From the NCBI GenBank assembly GCA_048882505.1, contig JBHLRO010000019.1, positions 30,001-62,000 on the forward strand: DNA of 32,000 nucleotides, written 5' to 3'. This DNA comes from Candidatus Thorarchaeota archaeon. GTDB lineage: Archaea; Asgardarchaeota; Heimdallarchaeia; Hodarchaeales; Hodarchaeaceae. The translations under genes and the position numbers were made by a program. The notes under the pieces are model-generated. The model ran no database searches, was not told the origin of the DNA, and worked only from the letters and a program-made list of their open reading frames with translations. Of this stretch, positions 18,896 through 29,644 are shown piece by piece (position 1 is the first letter of the stretch; each line of letters starts with the position of its first letter).

Positions 18896-19539
18896 TGTCT
18901 CTAAATTTGATCACAGATTCGGAAACGAAAGTTTTGTTCGTGTCGGCCCATCCAGATGATGTAGAGTTGGGTGCAGGGGCGACAGTGGCCAAATGTGTAC
19001 GGTTAGGAGCGACGGTTTATTATGTTGCTTTAACAAATATCGAGGATAATGTCGTTATTATTGATGAAATGAAAAGATCAATTGAAATTCTCGGGATACC
19101 CAATAGAAACTGTATACACTTTAGCTATACAAACACGGGTTTTGATAAAGAAAGACATGAGATTTTACATGAACTTGAACGTGTCAGAGACAAATTCAAG
19201 CCAAATATCGTCTTTACTCCTTCCTCCCACGATTTGCACCAAGATCATTATACAGCAGCAATTGAAACGCTGAGGGCGTTCAAATGGTCTGCCGAAATAC
19301 TCTTAGGTTACAATCTCTCTTGGAACATTATTGTGGAACCCTTCAATCCTAAACTATACGTCGAGGTCACGAAGGAGGACGCATCAAAGAGAATAAGTGC
19401 TCTACGCTGTTATGAAAGTCAGAATCATCGATACTATATGAAGGAACAAGCGAATGATGCGTTTTTACGCTATTATGGTCTAAAAGCCGGTTTTGAATTT
19501 GCTGAAGCCTTTGAAATCTATAAGATGGTTTGGAAGTAA
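18895..19539 (+). CDS. PIG-L/LmbE family de-N-acetylase
   Basis: AHPDDVELG and HQDH metal motifs, YESQ, AEAF; start overlaps the upstream stop. Confidence 0.92.
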   Translation: MSLNLITDSETKVLFVSAHPDDVELGAGATVAKCVRLGATVYYVALTNIEDNVVIIDEMKRSIEILGIPNRNCIHFSYTNTGFDKERHEILHELERVRDKFKPNIVFTPSSHDLHQDHYTAAIETLRAFKWSAEILLGYNLSWNIIVEPFNPKLYVEVTKEDASKRISALRCYESQNHRYYMKEQANDAFLRYYGLKAGFEFAEAFEIYKMVWK

Positions 19540-19748
19540 GTAATTTCAGTACAGTATTCTCTTAGAGCGAATTGTAAATTGTGTGTGGGATCTCCTTTCA
19601 TGCCATAAGCACCTTATTTTCCATTTCTTCTGAAATCTTGACATTTTCAAGTAAGCTCCACCTAAAATAAAAATGCGTTAATAAAAGCTCCTTTCTCCTT
19701 TACATGCAAATATCCAGATAGTAAACCAAAGAAACATGGTGATTATCA

Positions 19749-20861
19749 ATGAATAAAAGGTATGCACTAGTTACGGGTACCAGGCCACAGATAATTAAGT
19801 CAGTTCCTATTTTAAAAGCTACAAAACAAACGGCTGATATCGAGTTAATTCATATTTTCACAGGACAACATAAAGACGCAAATTTGGTAGATGTTTTCTT
19901 CAAAGGCCTTGTAGTTGACCCTCCTGACTATAACCTAGATGTAAGCTATGGGAGTACAGACTATCATATTAGCACGATTATCCAAAGGATTACGCCCATT
20001 TTAAAGAGATCAGAATTTGAAGGGGTATTAGTACCCGGAGACACAAACTCTGCTTTGGCCGCGGGCCTCTCCGCGATGTTCCTGTATATCCCTGTGCTCC
20101 ATGTCGAATCTGGATTAAGAAGTTACGATTTTCGAATGCCAGAGGAACTTAATCGTCGTTTAATTGATCATGGATCCTCCTCTCTCTTTTCTCCAACTGA
20201 AACCGCAGTTAATAATTTGAAAAAGGAAAATATTCTCGGAAAAATTATTATTTCAGGAGACACAATGTATGACCTCCTCCTTTCTGAAAAAAAGCAGATT
20301 TTTGATTCAACTCTTTTTGATAAGTCTGCAAATACATTCGGAATTAACAAAAACTCATTTTCTGTCCTTACAATGCATAGAAGAGAAAATTTGAACAATC
20401 CCATGCGTTTACACAATATTTTCGAAGCAATTGGTGCTATGAAGTTCACGACTGTCTTTCCTATGCATCCTCACACACGCAAAGTCATAGTTTCGGCCAA
20501 CATTGCAATTCCCTCGAATATTAAGTTAATTGAGCCTCTACCCTACCATGAATTCCTCAATTTGGTCGCCCATTCAAATTTGGTTCTTACAGACTCAGGA
20601 GGACTTCAAAAGGAGGCATATTTACTTAACGTTCCGTGTGTAACGCTCAGAACTTCCTCAGAATGGGTTGAAACGTTAGAACAACGAGCCAATGTACTTG
20701 TAGGAACTAATTCACAGCTAATACGAAAAGCAATTGACGAAATGTATAATAAGAAGATAAAAACGGACAGTTCTGTATATGGAGACGGAAATGCTGCAAG
20801 TAAAATTGTCACTGAACTATTAGAATTCCAGCCACAGATCCCCACTGTCCCAGAAATCTAG
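19749..20861 (+). CDS. wecB: UDP-N-acetylglucosamine 2-epimerase (non-hydrolysing)
   Basis: GTRPQIIK, GDTNS, HVESGLRS, PEELNRR, TDSGGLQKEA; GGTGA SD 6 nt upstream. Confidence 0.95.
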   Translation: MNKRYALVTGTRPQIIKSVPILKATKQTADIELIHIFTGQHKDANLVDVFFKGLVVDPPDYNLDVSYGSTDYHISTIIQRITPILKRSEFEGVLVPGDTNSALAAGLSAMFLYIPVLHVESGLRSYDFRMPEELNRRLIDHGSSSLFSPTETAVNNLKKENILGKIIISGDTMYDLLLSEKKQIFDSTLFDKSANTFGINKNSFSVLTMHRRENLNNPMRLHNIFEAIGAMKFTTVFPMHPHTRKVIVSANIAIPSNIKLIEPLPYHEFLNLVAHSNLVLTDSGGLQKEAYLLNVPCVTLRTSSEWVETLEQRANVLVGTNSQLIRKAIDEMYNKKIKTDSSVYGDGNAASKIVTELLEFQPQIPTVPEI

Positions 20862-20920
20862 TCTCACAATTATTATTATTATAGGGGAATTAAGCCGGAA
20901 AACTCCGATAGGAAATTGTT

Positions 20921-22015
20921 TTAGTGTGAGAAAGCGTCTTCGTAAGCTTCTTTAAGCGTTCCGAGATAATTATCAGCAATAAGAGACTCCGCTGCTATAC
21001 TTCGAAGTTCATTTGCATCTGGGATAGAATGGTTGTGTAAAATTTCAAGAAATTCAGGTGTTGATGAAAATCGTGGAACATCCACTTCGAAAGGTACACT
21101 TTTAGGTAAGATAGGTAGTGCACCCGCGTGTATATAAATATAAATCTTGTTAGGACTAATATATTCGTGGAAGTGATGAGGTAGATAGGCAAGCGCTCCA
21201 AAATGAGCCATGCTTGCATGATGGTAAAGTGAGATGTGGGGAATAGTGCCAAGAGACGTAATAACGTCATCTGATTGAATATTGCTATCCCCTATCAGTA
21301 TCAGTTTTGCAGGTTTTTGTTTTGTCCACTCCTCAAGTATTGTGCCTGTATTTCTGCATGGAACGTTTTTAACTGTAAAATCAGAGCCAATATACACAAC
21401 TGTTTTTTGTTTTCGTCGTTCTACTAGATTAATAGCGGAACATTCTTTTAATGTCGGCATGTTAGGAATATAACTCACAAACGATGGATTATAATTTTCT
21501 TCGTGAGCTTCTGCGATTTTTTTTGATACCGTTAATACAGTACGATTATGTACGAATTTTTTTTCCCATTTTTGATATATCCACGACCTATATCTAGTTC
21601 TAATTGCTCGAAACCAGTTTAATGATGAAAAAAATGCACTACTAATTATTTGCATGGATTTTGACCAATATTCGTGATCGTTATAGACAATTGGAGTCAC
21701 GGACTTTGTTTTAGTAAGAAATCGATTAATAAAATTCAAAAAGTAGATGTTGTGAGCATGAATCACATCTGGGTCAAATTCGATTATTGTTTTTTCAATC
21801 ATATCGAAATACTTTTGCTTGATTATACCCCAACGGAACTGACGACCAATTTCAATATTAAAATATTTCATAGAATGAGGTAACTCAAGAGCTGATTGTA
21901 ACGGATCCGATATATCCCCGAAAAATGCATTTGAGTGGCCTAACATCGAATCCAATTGAATAAATCTCTCGACTCTTACATCAGGAAGCTTGTCGCTCAA
22001 ATGAAGAATTCGCAT
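20921..22015 (-). CDS. Divergent GT4-like glycosyltransferase
   Basis: DPDVIHAHN, IVYNDHE, VLTVS, SPNKIYIY-x-AG. Confidence 0.7.
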   Translation of the reverse strand: MRILHLSDKLPDVRVERFIQLDSMLGHSNAFFGDISDPLQSALELPHSMKYFNIEIGRQFRWGIIKQKYFDMIEKTIIEFDPDVIHAHNIYFLNFINRFLTKTKSVTPIVYNDHEYWSKSMQIISSAFFSSLNWFRAIRTRYRSWIYQKWEKKFVHNRTVLTVSKKIAEAHEENYNPSFVSYIPNMPTLKECSAINLVERRKQKTVVYIGSDFTVKNVPCRNTGTILEEWTKQKPAKLILIGDSNIQSDDVITSLGTIPHISLYHHASMAHFGALAYLPHHFHEYISPNKIYIYIHAGALPILPKSVPFEVDVPRFSSTPEFLEILHNHSIPDANELRSIAAESLIADNYLGTLKEAYEDAFSH

Positions 22016-22123
22016 GTTGGTTCACAAGAAATTAATGGTGTTAAAGACAGCAATTGTTTTGTAGCTATGAGTCATTTGAAATTTCTTAAGGATTTTAAAT
22101 CCTCGTAGTCGGATGATGTACTT

Positions 22124-24022
22124 ATGTGTGGAATCCTCGGAGTATATTTCACGGATGAGTCAAAAAAAGAAGACAGGCTGAACTGGGTAAAAGATGTAAT
22201 TGGCAAAATGGCTCATCGGGGGCCAGATGCCGAAAAAGTGGAAGCTTTTGACCACTGTGTATTAGGCCATAGACGGTTGGCAATTATCGACTTATCAGAT
22301 GCAGGCATTCAGCCAATGAAGTCGTTAGATAAACGATTTACGATAGTATATAATGGAGAAATTTATAATTATATTGAGCTACGCGAAGAATTACAATCAA
22401 TGGGACTGGAATTTACAACGGAGACTGACACAGAAGTTCTATTATCTGCATTTTCAATTCTCGGTTTTCAGGTGTTTTCCAAGTTAAATGGTCAATTTAC
22501 GTTTTTGATCTGGGATAATAAAGAAAAAACGATGATTATCGCTCGGGATAGGTTTGGCATTAAACCTCTGTATTATTCACAAATCGATGGAGATTTCGTT
22601 TTCTCATCAGAAATGAGGCCAATCATCTCTTTAATGCAGAACAAGGATCTTCAGCCAAATCCGAAAGTGATATACGATTATTTGATGTTTTCAAATATTG
22701 ACCACACTAATGAAACGTTCTTTAATGGGATTTTTCGTGTACCTGCTGGTCATTATTGCACACTCAGCGGAGGAAAACCAATTTTTAATCGATATTGGGA
22801 TTTAAAAAGGGATATCTCAGAATTACAGTCTTCCAAAGAATTTAAGCAAAAGAATCTGAAGGATCACATTTTCCAAGTGAAAAGATACTTTACGAGAGCA
22901 GTCGAGCTTAGATTACGGAGTGATGTCCGTGTCGGTTCTTGTTTAAGCGGGGGAATCGACTCATCGTCAGTTGTATCTATTGTTAATGAAATCATACAAG
23001 AAAAAGAAAGACAGAATTTTGAAACATTCTCGTTAATATATGGTGATTGGTTTAAATTGGATGAAAAACGGTTTATCGATATTGTAAATACGAAAACTGG
23101 ATTCCAACCCAATTTTATTACACCAACCTTTGAAAAATTAAATAACCAATTTAAAGACTTCTTGTTATATCAAGAAGAACCTATCGAAGGTTTTTCTCCT
23201 TTTGGCCAATTCTGTGTTATGGAATTAGCCAGAAATAATGGTACAACCGTATTGTTGGACGGACAGGGAGCTGATGAAATACTAGCTGGATATGAATTTT
23301 ATAAAGGATATTTCTTGGTTAGTTTATTGAGACGCTTTAAATTTCTGAAGCTAGTAAAAGAGATGGTTAAGGCCAGAAAAAACAAATCAATAATGAAAAT
23401 CTTTCTGTCCCATTTTATCCCATCGTTCTTATTACGGAAAATCCAGCAAAGAGATCAAAAATTTCTTGGATTTCTCAATAAAGAATTTTCCTCGAATTTC
23501 CCTATTAGTGAATCACCAGCATTTCAAAAAAGAACTAGAATGAGAAGAGGCAACTTTAATGTCCTCCTCATAGATTATCTGGAGGAAAGCTTCCAACATC
23601 TTTTACGTTATGAAGATCGCAATTCCATGCGATTTTCGATTGAAAGTAGAGTTCCGTTTTTGGACCATCATTTGGTGACTTATATTCTAGCGTTGCCACC
23701 CGATTTTCTCATTAAAGATGGAATCTCTAAATGGGTTTTCAGAGAAGCTATGAGAACCATTACTCCTGAAACTATCCTACAGAGGCGGGACAAAATTGGA
23801 TTTGCCTCACCAGATAAACAATGGCTAATGGAAGACAATTTGGTGTTATATTCTGATTTAAAGCACCCTCATGAGTTTTTACATGATTTTGTTGATTATG
23901 AAGCAATCATAAATTTATATGAACGAAAAAATCTTAATAGAGTCACGAATAAGGACTTGGGATTTCTTTTTAGAGTTATGTGCCTCAATGCGTGGTTGAA
24001 CCTTTATTTTGATGGAGGCTAA
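22124..24022 (+). CDS. asnB: Asparagine synthase (glutamine-hydrolysing)-like amidotransferase, probably sugar amidating
   Basis: N-terminal MCGI, HRGPD, GHRRLAIID, NGEIYNY, RDRFGIKP, LSGGIDSS, DGQGADE, RVPFLDH. The glycan-locus context suggests a WbpS-like role (inference). Confidence 0.92.
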   Translation: MCGILGVYFTDESKKEDRLNWVKDVIGKMAHRGPDAEKVEAFDHCVLGHRRLAIIDLSDAGIQPMKSLDKRFTIVYNGEIYNYIELREELQSMGLEFTTETDTEVLLSAFSILGFQVFSKLNGQFTFLIWDNKEKTMIIARDRFGIKPLYYSQIDGDFVFSSEMRPIISLMQNKDLQPNPKVIYDYLMFSNIDHTNETFFNGIFRVPAGHYCTLSGGKPIFNRYWDLKRDISELQSSKEFKQKNLKDHIFQVKRYFTRAVELRLRSDVRVGSCLSGGIDSSSVVSIVNEIIQEKERQNFETFSLIYGDWFKLDEKRFIDIVNTKTGFQPNFITPTFEKLNNQFKDFLLYQEEPIEGFSPFGQFCVMELARNNGTTVLLDGQGADEILAGYEFYKGYFLVSLLRRFKFLKLVKEMVKARKNKSIMKIFLSHFIPSFLLRKIQQRDQKFLGFLNKEFSSNFPISESPAFQKRTRMRRGNFNVLLIDYLEESFQHLLRYEDRNSMRFSIESRVPFLDHHLVTYILALPPDFLIKDGISKWVFREAMRTITPETILQRRDKIGFASPDKQWLMEDNLVLYSDLKHPHEFLHDFVDYEAIINLYERKNLNRVTNKDLGFLFRVMCLNAWLNLYFDGG

Positions 24023-24265
24023 TCCAAAAAAGTTCTCCTGTTATGGTAATGAATATCAACCTGTCGTATCCGTGCCTGGGCCCGACGGAAGCGATTCTCC
24101 AACTTCTGCCTTCGCGGATTTATTTGGTTAACTAATTAATCACGATAGAAGTTAAAAAAATTTGAATTAATGCTTTCAATGCTGTTCTCAGGTAAGTTAT
24201 TCTTGATCTGGACTTAACAAAATGAATAACACAAGCAATTTACGGAATAACCAAGGCGGAATGAT

Positions 24266-25465
24266 TTGATGCCAGGATTAAAGGATCGTAAGTTATTGGT
24301 CGCAGCTCCTTCATTTCCAAATTCAGATAATAGCTCCGTCACTGGTATTTTTATAAAAAACCAAGTTGAAGGTGTCTGTAATTATCTTTCAGATGTAACG
24401 GTTATTGTTCCAGTGTCACGCAGGTGGGGTTTGTTCGACAGAGACCCGTCAAGAACTGATTATTCCTTCAATGATGTTAGGGTTATTTTTCCCAAAACAT
24501 ATTTTATACCTAGAGGTGGTTTGAAACGCTTTGCAATCGATAAGTTCCAATTGGGGATAAGAAAAGCTATCTCCAAGCATAATGTTGAATTTGACCTCAT
24601 GCACTCGCATTATGGAATAATGGGACGATCCTGTTTTCCAATATCTCAAGAACATAAAATACCGCTTATTACCTCTTTTTATGGGTATGATGCTTACATA
24701 AATGCCTATGATTTAGAATATTACCGAGACTTGTTTGAGAATACGACTCTAGTTCTTGCTTTAAGCGATCACATGTCGAATCGTCTTAAAAAATTAGGAT
24801 GCCCTGATCAGAAAATAAGAAAATTACATGTAGGTGTGGATACAGGGTATTTTCAACCAAAGGAACAGCATTCAGAGTTGGGTGATGACGGAGTCCTAAG
24901 AATTTTGCTTGTAGCATTCTTTGACGAAAGAAAAGGAATATTGGACGCAATAAACGCTTTTGCAAAAGTTCAGAAGGATATTAAATACATACATTTCGAT
25001 ATTGTGGGGAGAGGCAAGCTTAAAAATCAGATTGAAAGTTTAATAATTTCCTTGGACCTCCAAGATAAAATAACGATAACTAATAACATATCGACTCCAA
25101 ACCCAATAGGGACTGTGCTGGACTTTATGCAAAATTGTGATATATTTATACTACCGAGTTTCACATCTCCCAATGGCGATTCTGAAGGAACACCAGTTGT
25201 ATTAATGGAAGCATCCGCTTGCGGTAAACCTTGTATAACTACTTTCCACTCGGGAAATCCTGAAGTTGTATTGAATGATGAAACAGGATTGGTGGTTCCC
25301 GAAAGAAATATTCAGGAATTGGAAAAAGCCCTAAGAAAAATGATAATTAACGAGGAATTACGGAAGCGCCTTGGGAACAATGCAAGAAAGCGAATTCTTG
25401 CTGAATTCAATACCTCGATTCAATCCAGAAAATTGGCCGAAATCTACGAAGATGTTTTGGAGTAA
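24266..25465 (+). CDS. Glycosyltransferase family 4 (WcaL-like)
   Basis: HSHYG, SFYGYDA, HVGVD, DSEGTPVVLMEASACGKP, HSGNPE. Confidence 0.92.
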   Translation: MMPGLKDRKLLVAAPSFPNSDNSSVTGIFIKNQVEGVCNYLSDVTVIVPVSRRWGLFDRDPSRTDYSFNDVRVIFPKTYFIPRGGLKRFAIDKFQLGIRKAISKHNVEFDLMHSHYGIMGRSCFPISQEHKIPLITSFYGYDAYINAYDLEYYRDLFENTTLVLALSDHMSNRLKKLGCPDQKIRKLHVGVDTGYFQPKEQHSELGDDGVLRILLVAFFDERKGILDAINAFAKVQKDIKYIHFDIVGRGKLKNQIESLIISLDLQDKITITNNISTPNPIGTVLDFMQNCDIFILPSFTSPNGDSEGTPVVLMEASACGKPCITTFHSGNPEVVLNDETGLVVPERNIQELEKALRKMIINEELRKRLGNNARKRILAEFNTSIQSRKLAEIYEDVLE

Positions 25466-25586
25466 AGGGTTGATTTATGTAATTTACAAAAAATCCGCCA
25501 AAAGGCCATTATTTGGCGGTGATCACGATAAATATGAAAAAAGCAATTAGAATTCGAATCATAAGGAAGAAAATTTTCAAATTGAG

Positions 25587-26420
25587 TTGAGAAGAGACAT
25601 TATGAAACCAATGAAAACTGTAATACTTTGTGGTGGGAAGGGAACAAGAATACGAGAGGTTTCTGATAATATTCCTAAACCGATGGTACCGATCGGGAAT
25701 TATCCCATTTTATGGCACATAATGAATCTTTACGCATATTACGGATATAATGATTTTGTCCTGTGCCTTGGGCACTTAAGTTGGCAAATAAAGAATTATT
25801 TTCTCAATTTTAAAGCCAAGATTGGTGATTTCACCCTTCACTTGGATAAACCTTGGGATATTGAATATCAGAACAATCTCAAAATGGATTGTGACTGGAA
25901 AATTACTTTTGCTGAGACTGGAGAGAACGCGGAGACTGGGGCAAGAATATTCAAAATCCAACGTTATGTTAAGAATGATGATCACTTTATGATGACTTAT
26001 GGTGATGGTTTATCAGATGTGAACATTAGGGAACTGATTAAGTTTCATTTATCTCATGGAAAAGTTGGTACTGTAACTGGTGTGAGACCAACTGGCAGAT
26101 TTGGTGAAATAGAAGTTGGAGACCATAATCAGGTTTTAACGTTTCATGAAAAACCCCAAACGACGGGCGGAAGAATTAACGGAGGATTTTTTGTCTTTGA
26201 TACTAAAAGAATCTCCAAATACTTAGCCGATAGAGAGAGCCTTAATTTTGAACGAGAATCTTTGAAACAGTTAGCTCAAGATGGAAATTTAATGATGTTC
26301 CCTCATGACGGCTTTTGGCAACCGATGGATACATATCGTGAATATAAATTATTAAACGACTTATGGAAAGAAGGTATGATGAAGGGAGACGTTCCTTGGC
26401 CTGGGGAAAAGCTAGGATAG
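25587..26420 (+). CDS. rfbF: Glucose-1-phosphate cytidylyltransferase (ATG 25602 or 25611 are alternative starts)
   Basis: LCGGKGTRI, PKPMVPIG, ETGAR, TYGDGLSD, INGGFF, HDGFWQPMDT. Confidence 0.93.
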   Translation: MRRDIMKPMKTVILCGGKGTRIREVSDNIPKPMVPIGNYPILWHIMNLYAYYGYNDFVLCLGHLSWQIKNYFLNFKAKIGDFTLHLDKPWDIEYQNNLKMDCDWKITFAETGENAETGARIFKIQRYVKNDDHFMMTYGDGLSDVNIRELIKFHLSHGKVGTVTGVRPTGRFGEIEVGDHNQVLTFHEKPQTTGGRINGGFFVFDTKRISKYLADRESLNFERESLKQLAQDGNLMMFPHDGFWQPMDTYREYKLLNDLWKEGMMKGDVPWPGEKLG

Positions 26421-26466
26421 CCAGTTTTAATAAGTTTTATAAAAAATTTGGAGTATTCAGAATAGA

Positions 26467-27642
26467 ATGAAGGAATTTGACGTAAATACAGGCAATAACA
26501 GTGATTTATTACAGGATATACCAAGTTCCGACTTCGTGAATGTTTATCGTGGAAAGACTGTTCTAGTGACAGGTCATACTGGTTTCAAAGGAACTTGGCT
26601 ATCAATATGGCTAAAATCTCTTGGGGCCAAAGTTGTTGGTTATTCACTTAAACCCGATACTCAACCAAGTATTTTTGAAGAAACTGAGATGGAAAACAGA
26701 GTAACTCACGTCATCGGTGACGTGAGGGACGAAAATAACCTCAACCGTGTTCTTCAGAGTCATGAACCCGACTTCGTATTTCACCTGGCAGCTCAACCAT
26801 TGGTTCGTTTATCTTACGATGATCCAAAAACCACGTATGAAACTAATATAATGGGACTTGTATACTTACTTGAAGCAATACGCAAGACAAGTTCGGTACA
26901 AGTCGCCATAAATGTAACCAGTGACAAATGTTACGAGAACCAAGAATGGGTATGGGGCTACCGTGAAAACGATCCAATGGGAGGAGAAGACCCATATAGT
27001 TCAAGCAAAGGATGCTCTGAGCTTATTACTGCAGCTTATAGGAGGTCTTTTTTCAGTTCTAATGAGAAATCACAGGGCGGTGTTGCTCTGGCCTCCGCAA
27101 GAGCAGGCAATGTAATTGGCGGAGGAGACTGGGCTCAAGATAGGATAATACCAGATTGTATGAGAGCTCTGATGGAAAAAAAACCTATTAAAGTGCGTAA
27201 TCCTCTTGCTTATCGTCCTTGGCAACACGTTCTTGAGCCGCTTTCAGGTTATCTATGGTTAGGATTTCTTCTGCATGTGAAAGGTAGGGAATATGCCTCT
27301 GCCTGGAATTTTGGCCCAAATGAAAAACAGACAATCACCGTGGAAGAACTAGTCGAACTAGTGATTAAGGTTTGGGGAGAAGGTTCTTGGATACCGCAAC
27401 GGGATACTGAACGCCAATACGAAGCTACCTATCTAAAACTTGATTCCAGCAAGGCGTTTCGCCTATTAAAATGGTCTTCACTCTACGACATCGAGGAAGC
27501 TATTGTTAAAACAATCAATTGGTATAAGATTGCTGACGAAGGCCAAACCGATGTCTATGAGTTTTGCTTAACGCAGATTAGGGAATATATCGCCCTTGCG
27601 AAAAATAAAGGTATGATATGGACGTCTGTCCTGGACATTTGA
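26467..27642 (+). CDS. rfbG: CDP-glucose 4,6-dehydratase
   Basis: TGHTGFKGTWL, HLAAQPLV, TSDKCY, DPYSSSK, RAGNVIGGGDW, RPWQHVLEP, WNFGP. Confidence 0.95.
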   Translation: MKEFDVNTGNNSDLLQDIPSSDFVNVYRGKTVLVTGHTGFKGTWLSIWLKSLGAKVVGYSLKPDTQPSIFEETEMENRVTHVIGDVRDENNLNRVLQSHEPDFVFHLAAQPLVRLSYDDPKTTYETNIMGLVYLLEAIRKTSSVQVAINVTSDKCYENQEWVWGYRENDPMGGEDPYSSSKGCSELITAAYRRSFFSSNEKSQGGVALASARAGNVIGGGDWAQDRIIPDCMRALMEKKPIKVRNPLAYRPWQHVLEPLSGYLWLGFLLHVKGREYASAWNFGPNEKQTITVEELVELVIKVWGEGSWIPQRDTERQYEATYLKLDSSKAFRLLKWSSLYDIEEAIVKTINWYKIADEGQTDVYEFCLTQIREYIALAKNKGMIWTSVLDI

Positions 27643-27705
27643 TCCTACTCATGTCTATTTGGTGAACACGATTTCATACCAGGCTGAATGATCAATGGAT
27701 GATTT

Positions 27706-28689
27706 TTGATGGGAATATTGCCGCATTTAGATGAAATGAAAGAAAAAATTTTCTTGATTACGGGAGGTTTGGGGTTTGTAGGAAGAAATTTAACTTTTGC
27801 GTTGTTGAATCATGATATTAGACCCATTATTCTAGATTATATCCCAGAAGGTAAACGACTTGATCGACGATATCTCCCATTTAGTCTAGATGATGTTGAA
27901 TTTCATAATATTGACTTGACAGATCGGAACGCGGTGTTAGGTTTAATGAGAGACAAGTCACCTGATTTTGTCGTTCACCTTGCAGCTATGACGGATTTGA
28001 CCAAAGATTTCAAATCTGCTCTTATATCTGTTGAAATTAACATTAAAGGAACTTTACATCTATTAGAAAGCATTAACAATTTTCCAGTATCCAGTTTTGT
28101 GTTCGTAAGCACCAGTGATGTCTATGGTGCAGTTTCCCCCCCTTTTGATGAGAATCAAATTATAATTCCAGCATCCCCCTATTCAGTATCAAAAGCATCA
28201 GCAGAAATGTATTGCCTTATGTTTAGCAACGTGTTTGATTTACCTATAACAATTCTTAGAAGTTTCAACCTTTTTGGAAAATATCAAGAGACAAATCGAG
28301 TTATACCCTATATTATTCAGCGACTCATGAATGGCCAAATTGTTGAATTAACAGGTGGAGAGCAGAAAAGAGAGTTTAACTACGTAAAAAACTTTATTGA
28401 TGCAATATTCTTATGTTTCAAAAGACCTAGCAGCCATGGAACAATAATTAATGTAGGAACTGGCGAATCAATAAGCATTAAGGACATTGCGATAAGTATT
28501 GCGAAAAGATTCGATCTTATCGACAATTTGCAGTTTGGTGCTATTCCTTATAGACCAAATGAAATCTGGGATATGTACTGCGATAATACTCGTGCTAAAA
28601 CAATTCTGGGATGGGAACCAAGAATCACAGTAGAAGAAGGAATTAATCGGACAATCGATTGGTTTCAAAAAACTTTCACATCAAGGTAA
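27706..28689 (+). CDS. NAD-dependent sugar epimerase/reductase (extended SDR)
   Basis: TGGLGFVG, HLAA, STSDVYG, PYSVSK (YxxxK), REFNYV. Confidence 0.9.
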   Translation: MMGILPHLDEMKEKIFLITGGLGFVGRNLTFALLNHDIRPIILDYIPEGKRLDRRYLPFSLDDVEFHNIDLTDRNAVLGLMRDKSPDFVVHLAAMTDLTKDFKSALISVEINIKGTLHLLESINNFPVSSFVFVSTSDVYGAVSPPFDENQIIIPASPYSVSKASAEMYCLMFSNVFDLPITILRSFNLFGKYQETNRVIPYIIQRLMNGQIVELTGGEQKREFNYVKNFIDAIFLCFKRPSSHGTIINVGTGESISIKDIAISIAKRFDLIDNLQFGAIPYRPNEIWDMYCDNTRAKTILGWEPRITVEEGINRTIDWFQKTFTSR

Positions 28690-28774
28690 TTCGTTTCCAA
28701 TCACCATTAGTCAATAATCAAAGAATCACGCTGCTGTCCTTAAAATGAGGATTGCTAAATTTGAATGCTCATGG

Positions 28775-29629
28775 CTAAGCAGTAAGAGCCTTTCCTGTTC
28801 CAAATAATCCTCTGATAATCGCAGCAGCTTCAAAAAGTCGTTCGAAATTTCTGTGTACTAAGCCTGCACCGATGAGGAGCAAAACTCCCTTGAGTCTGAA
28901 TAATACGAACACAGGAATGTAAATAGGCATGAATTGCCTTATTACCTGCATATGGTCCTTAACACTATGAAAATAGAGACTTGTTGCCATGGATCGACTT
29001 GTTGATGAATGTGTATCATGAAAAACTTCAGTGGAATCTGTTACATAGCATCTCCAACCATGTGAGGCTATCGCAAAGCATATAGCTACATCTGTGGTGA
29101 AATGGATTCTTTCATCGAATCGTACATTTTTCAAGGCTTCTCGGCGGAAAAAAAAAGCAGCACCAGCAACATAAGGAACTTGTGTATTTGTGGGATAGCG
29201 TTTAACCCCAAAGTTTCCAATCTTCATTAAGAAGTCTCCACCATTATAGTAAATTCCCCGATTATCACGTACTAACGGACCAACGACCCCAGCCTCAGGA
29301 CAATTTTCCATGAAATCGCTAAGTACAGTCAGATAATTTGTCTGTAATCGGATATCATTGTTTAGTAGCGCAATATAGTTTTGATCCCTTGTTAATTTAA
29401 GAGCCAAATTCATTTTTTGGTTCAAGCCTGGTCTAGACGGATCTATGACAAGCTCCACTTCTGGAAATTCCTCTTGGACCATTTCAATGGAACCATCTTT
29501 GCTCCCACTATCAATAACAATAACCCTGTAGGAAAATTTAAAATCCTGGTCGAATAACGTTTTCAGAGTTGTTCTCAGCTTTTCCCGTAAGTTGATTGTT
29601 GCTATGACTGCAGCAATTCTAGGGGGGAT
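28775..29629 (-). CDS. Glycosyltransferase family 2; N-terminal 49 codons lie upstream of track ATG 29482 with no ATG/GTG/TTG
   Basis: The frame upstream of 29482 reads IPPRIAAVIATINLREKLRTTLKTLFDQD...VIVIDSGSKDGSIEM, the GT2 nucleotide-binding core. Downstream motifs: LLNND, GVVGP, AGAAFF. Confidence 0.85.
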   Translation of the reverse strand: MPPRIAAVIATINLREKLRTTLKTLFDQDFKFSYRVIVIDSGSKDGSIEMVQEEFPEVELVIDPSRPGLNQKMNLALKLTRDQNYIALLNNDIRLQTNYLTVLSDFMENCPEAGVVGPLVRDNRGIYYNGGDFLMKIGNFGVKRYPTNTQVPYVAGAAFFFRREALKNVRFDERIHFTTDVAICFAIASHGWRCYVTDSTEVFHDTHSSTSRSMATSLYFHSVKDHMQVIRQFMPIYIPVFVLFRLKGVLLLIGAGLVHRNFERLFEAAAIIRGLFGTGKALTA

Positions 29630-29638
29630 TACAGGGTT

Positions 29639-29644
29639 CCTCCT
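29639..29644 (-). promoter_or_regulatory. Strong Shine-Dalgarno AGGAGG upstream of the GT2 frame
   Basis: AGGAGG-AACCCT-GTA-ATC: 6 nt to GTA and 9 nt to ATC. Confidence 0.55.

Noticed and set aside
19540-19748. Possible 34-codon minus-strand ORF with SD-like GGTGGAG
   Set aside because: Short, antisense to the flanking operon and without any motif.
24040-24118. GC-richer patch with short alternative stems (TCCGT/ACGGA) after asnB
   Set aside because: Stems are only 5-6 bp, with no tRNA cloverleaf or recognisable RNA family.
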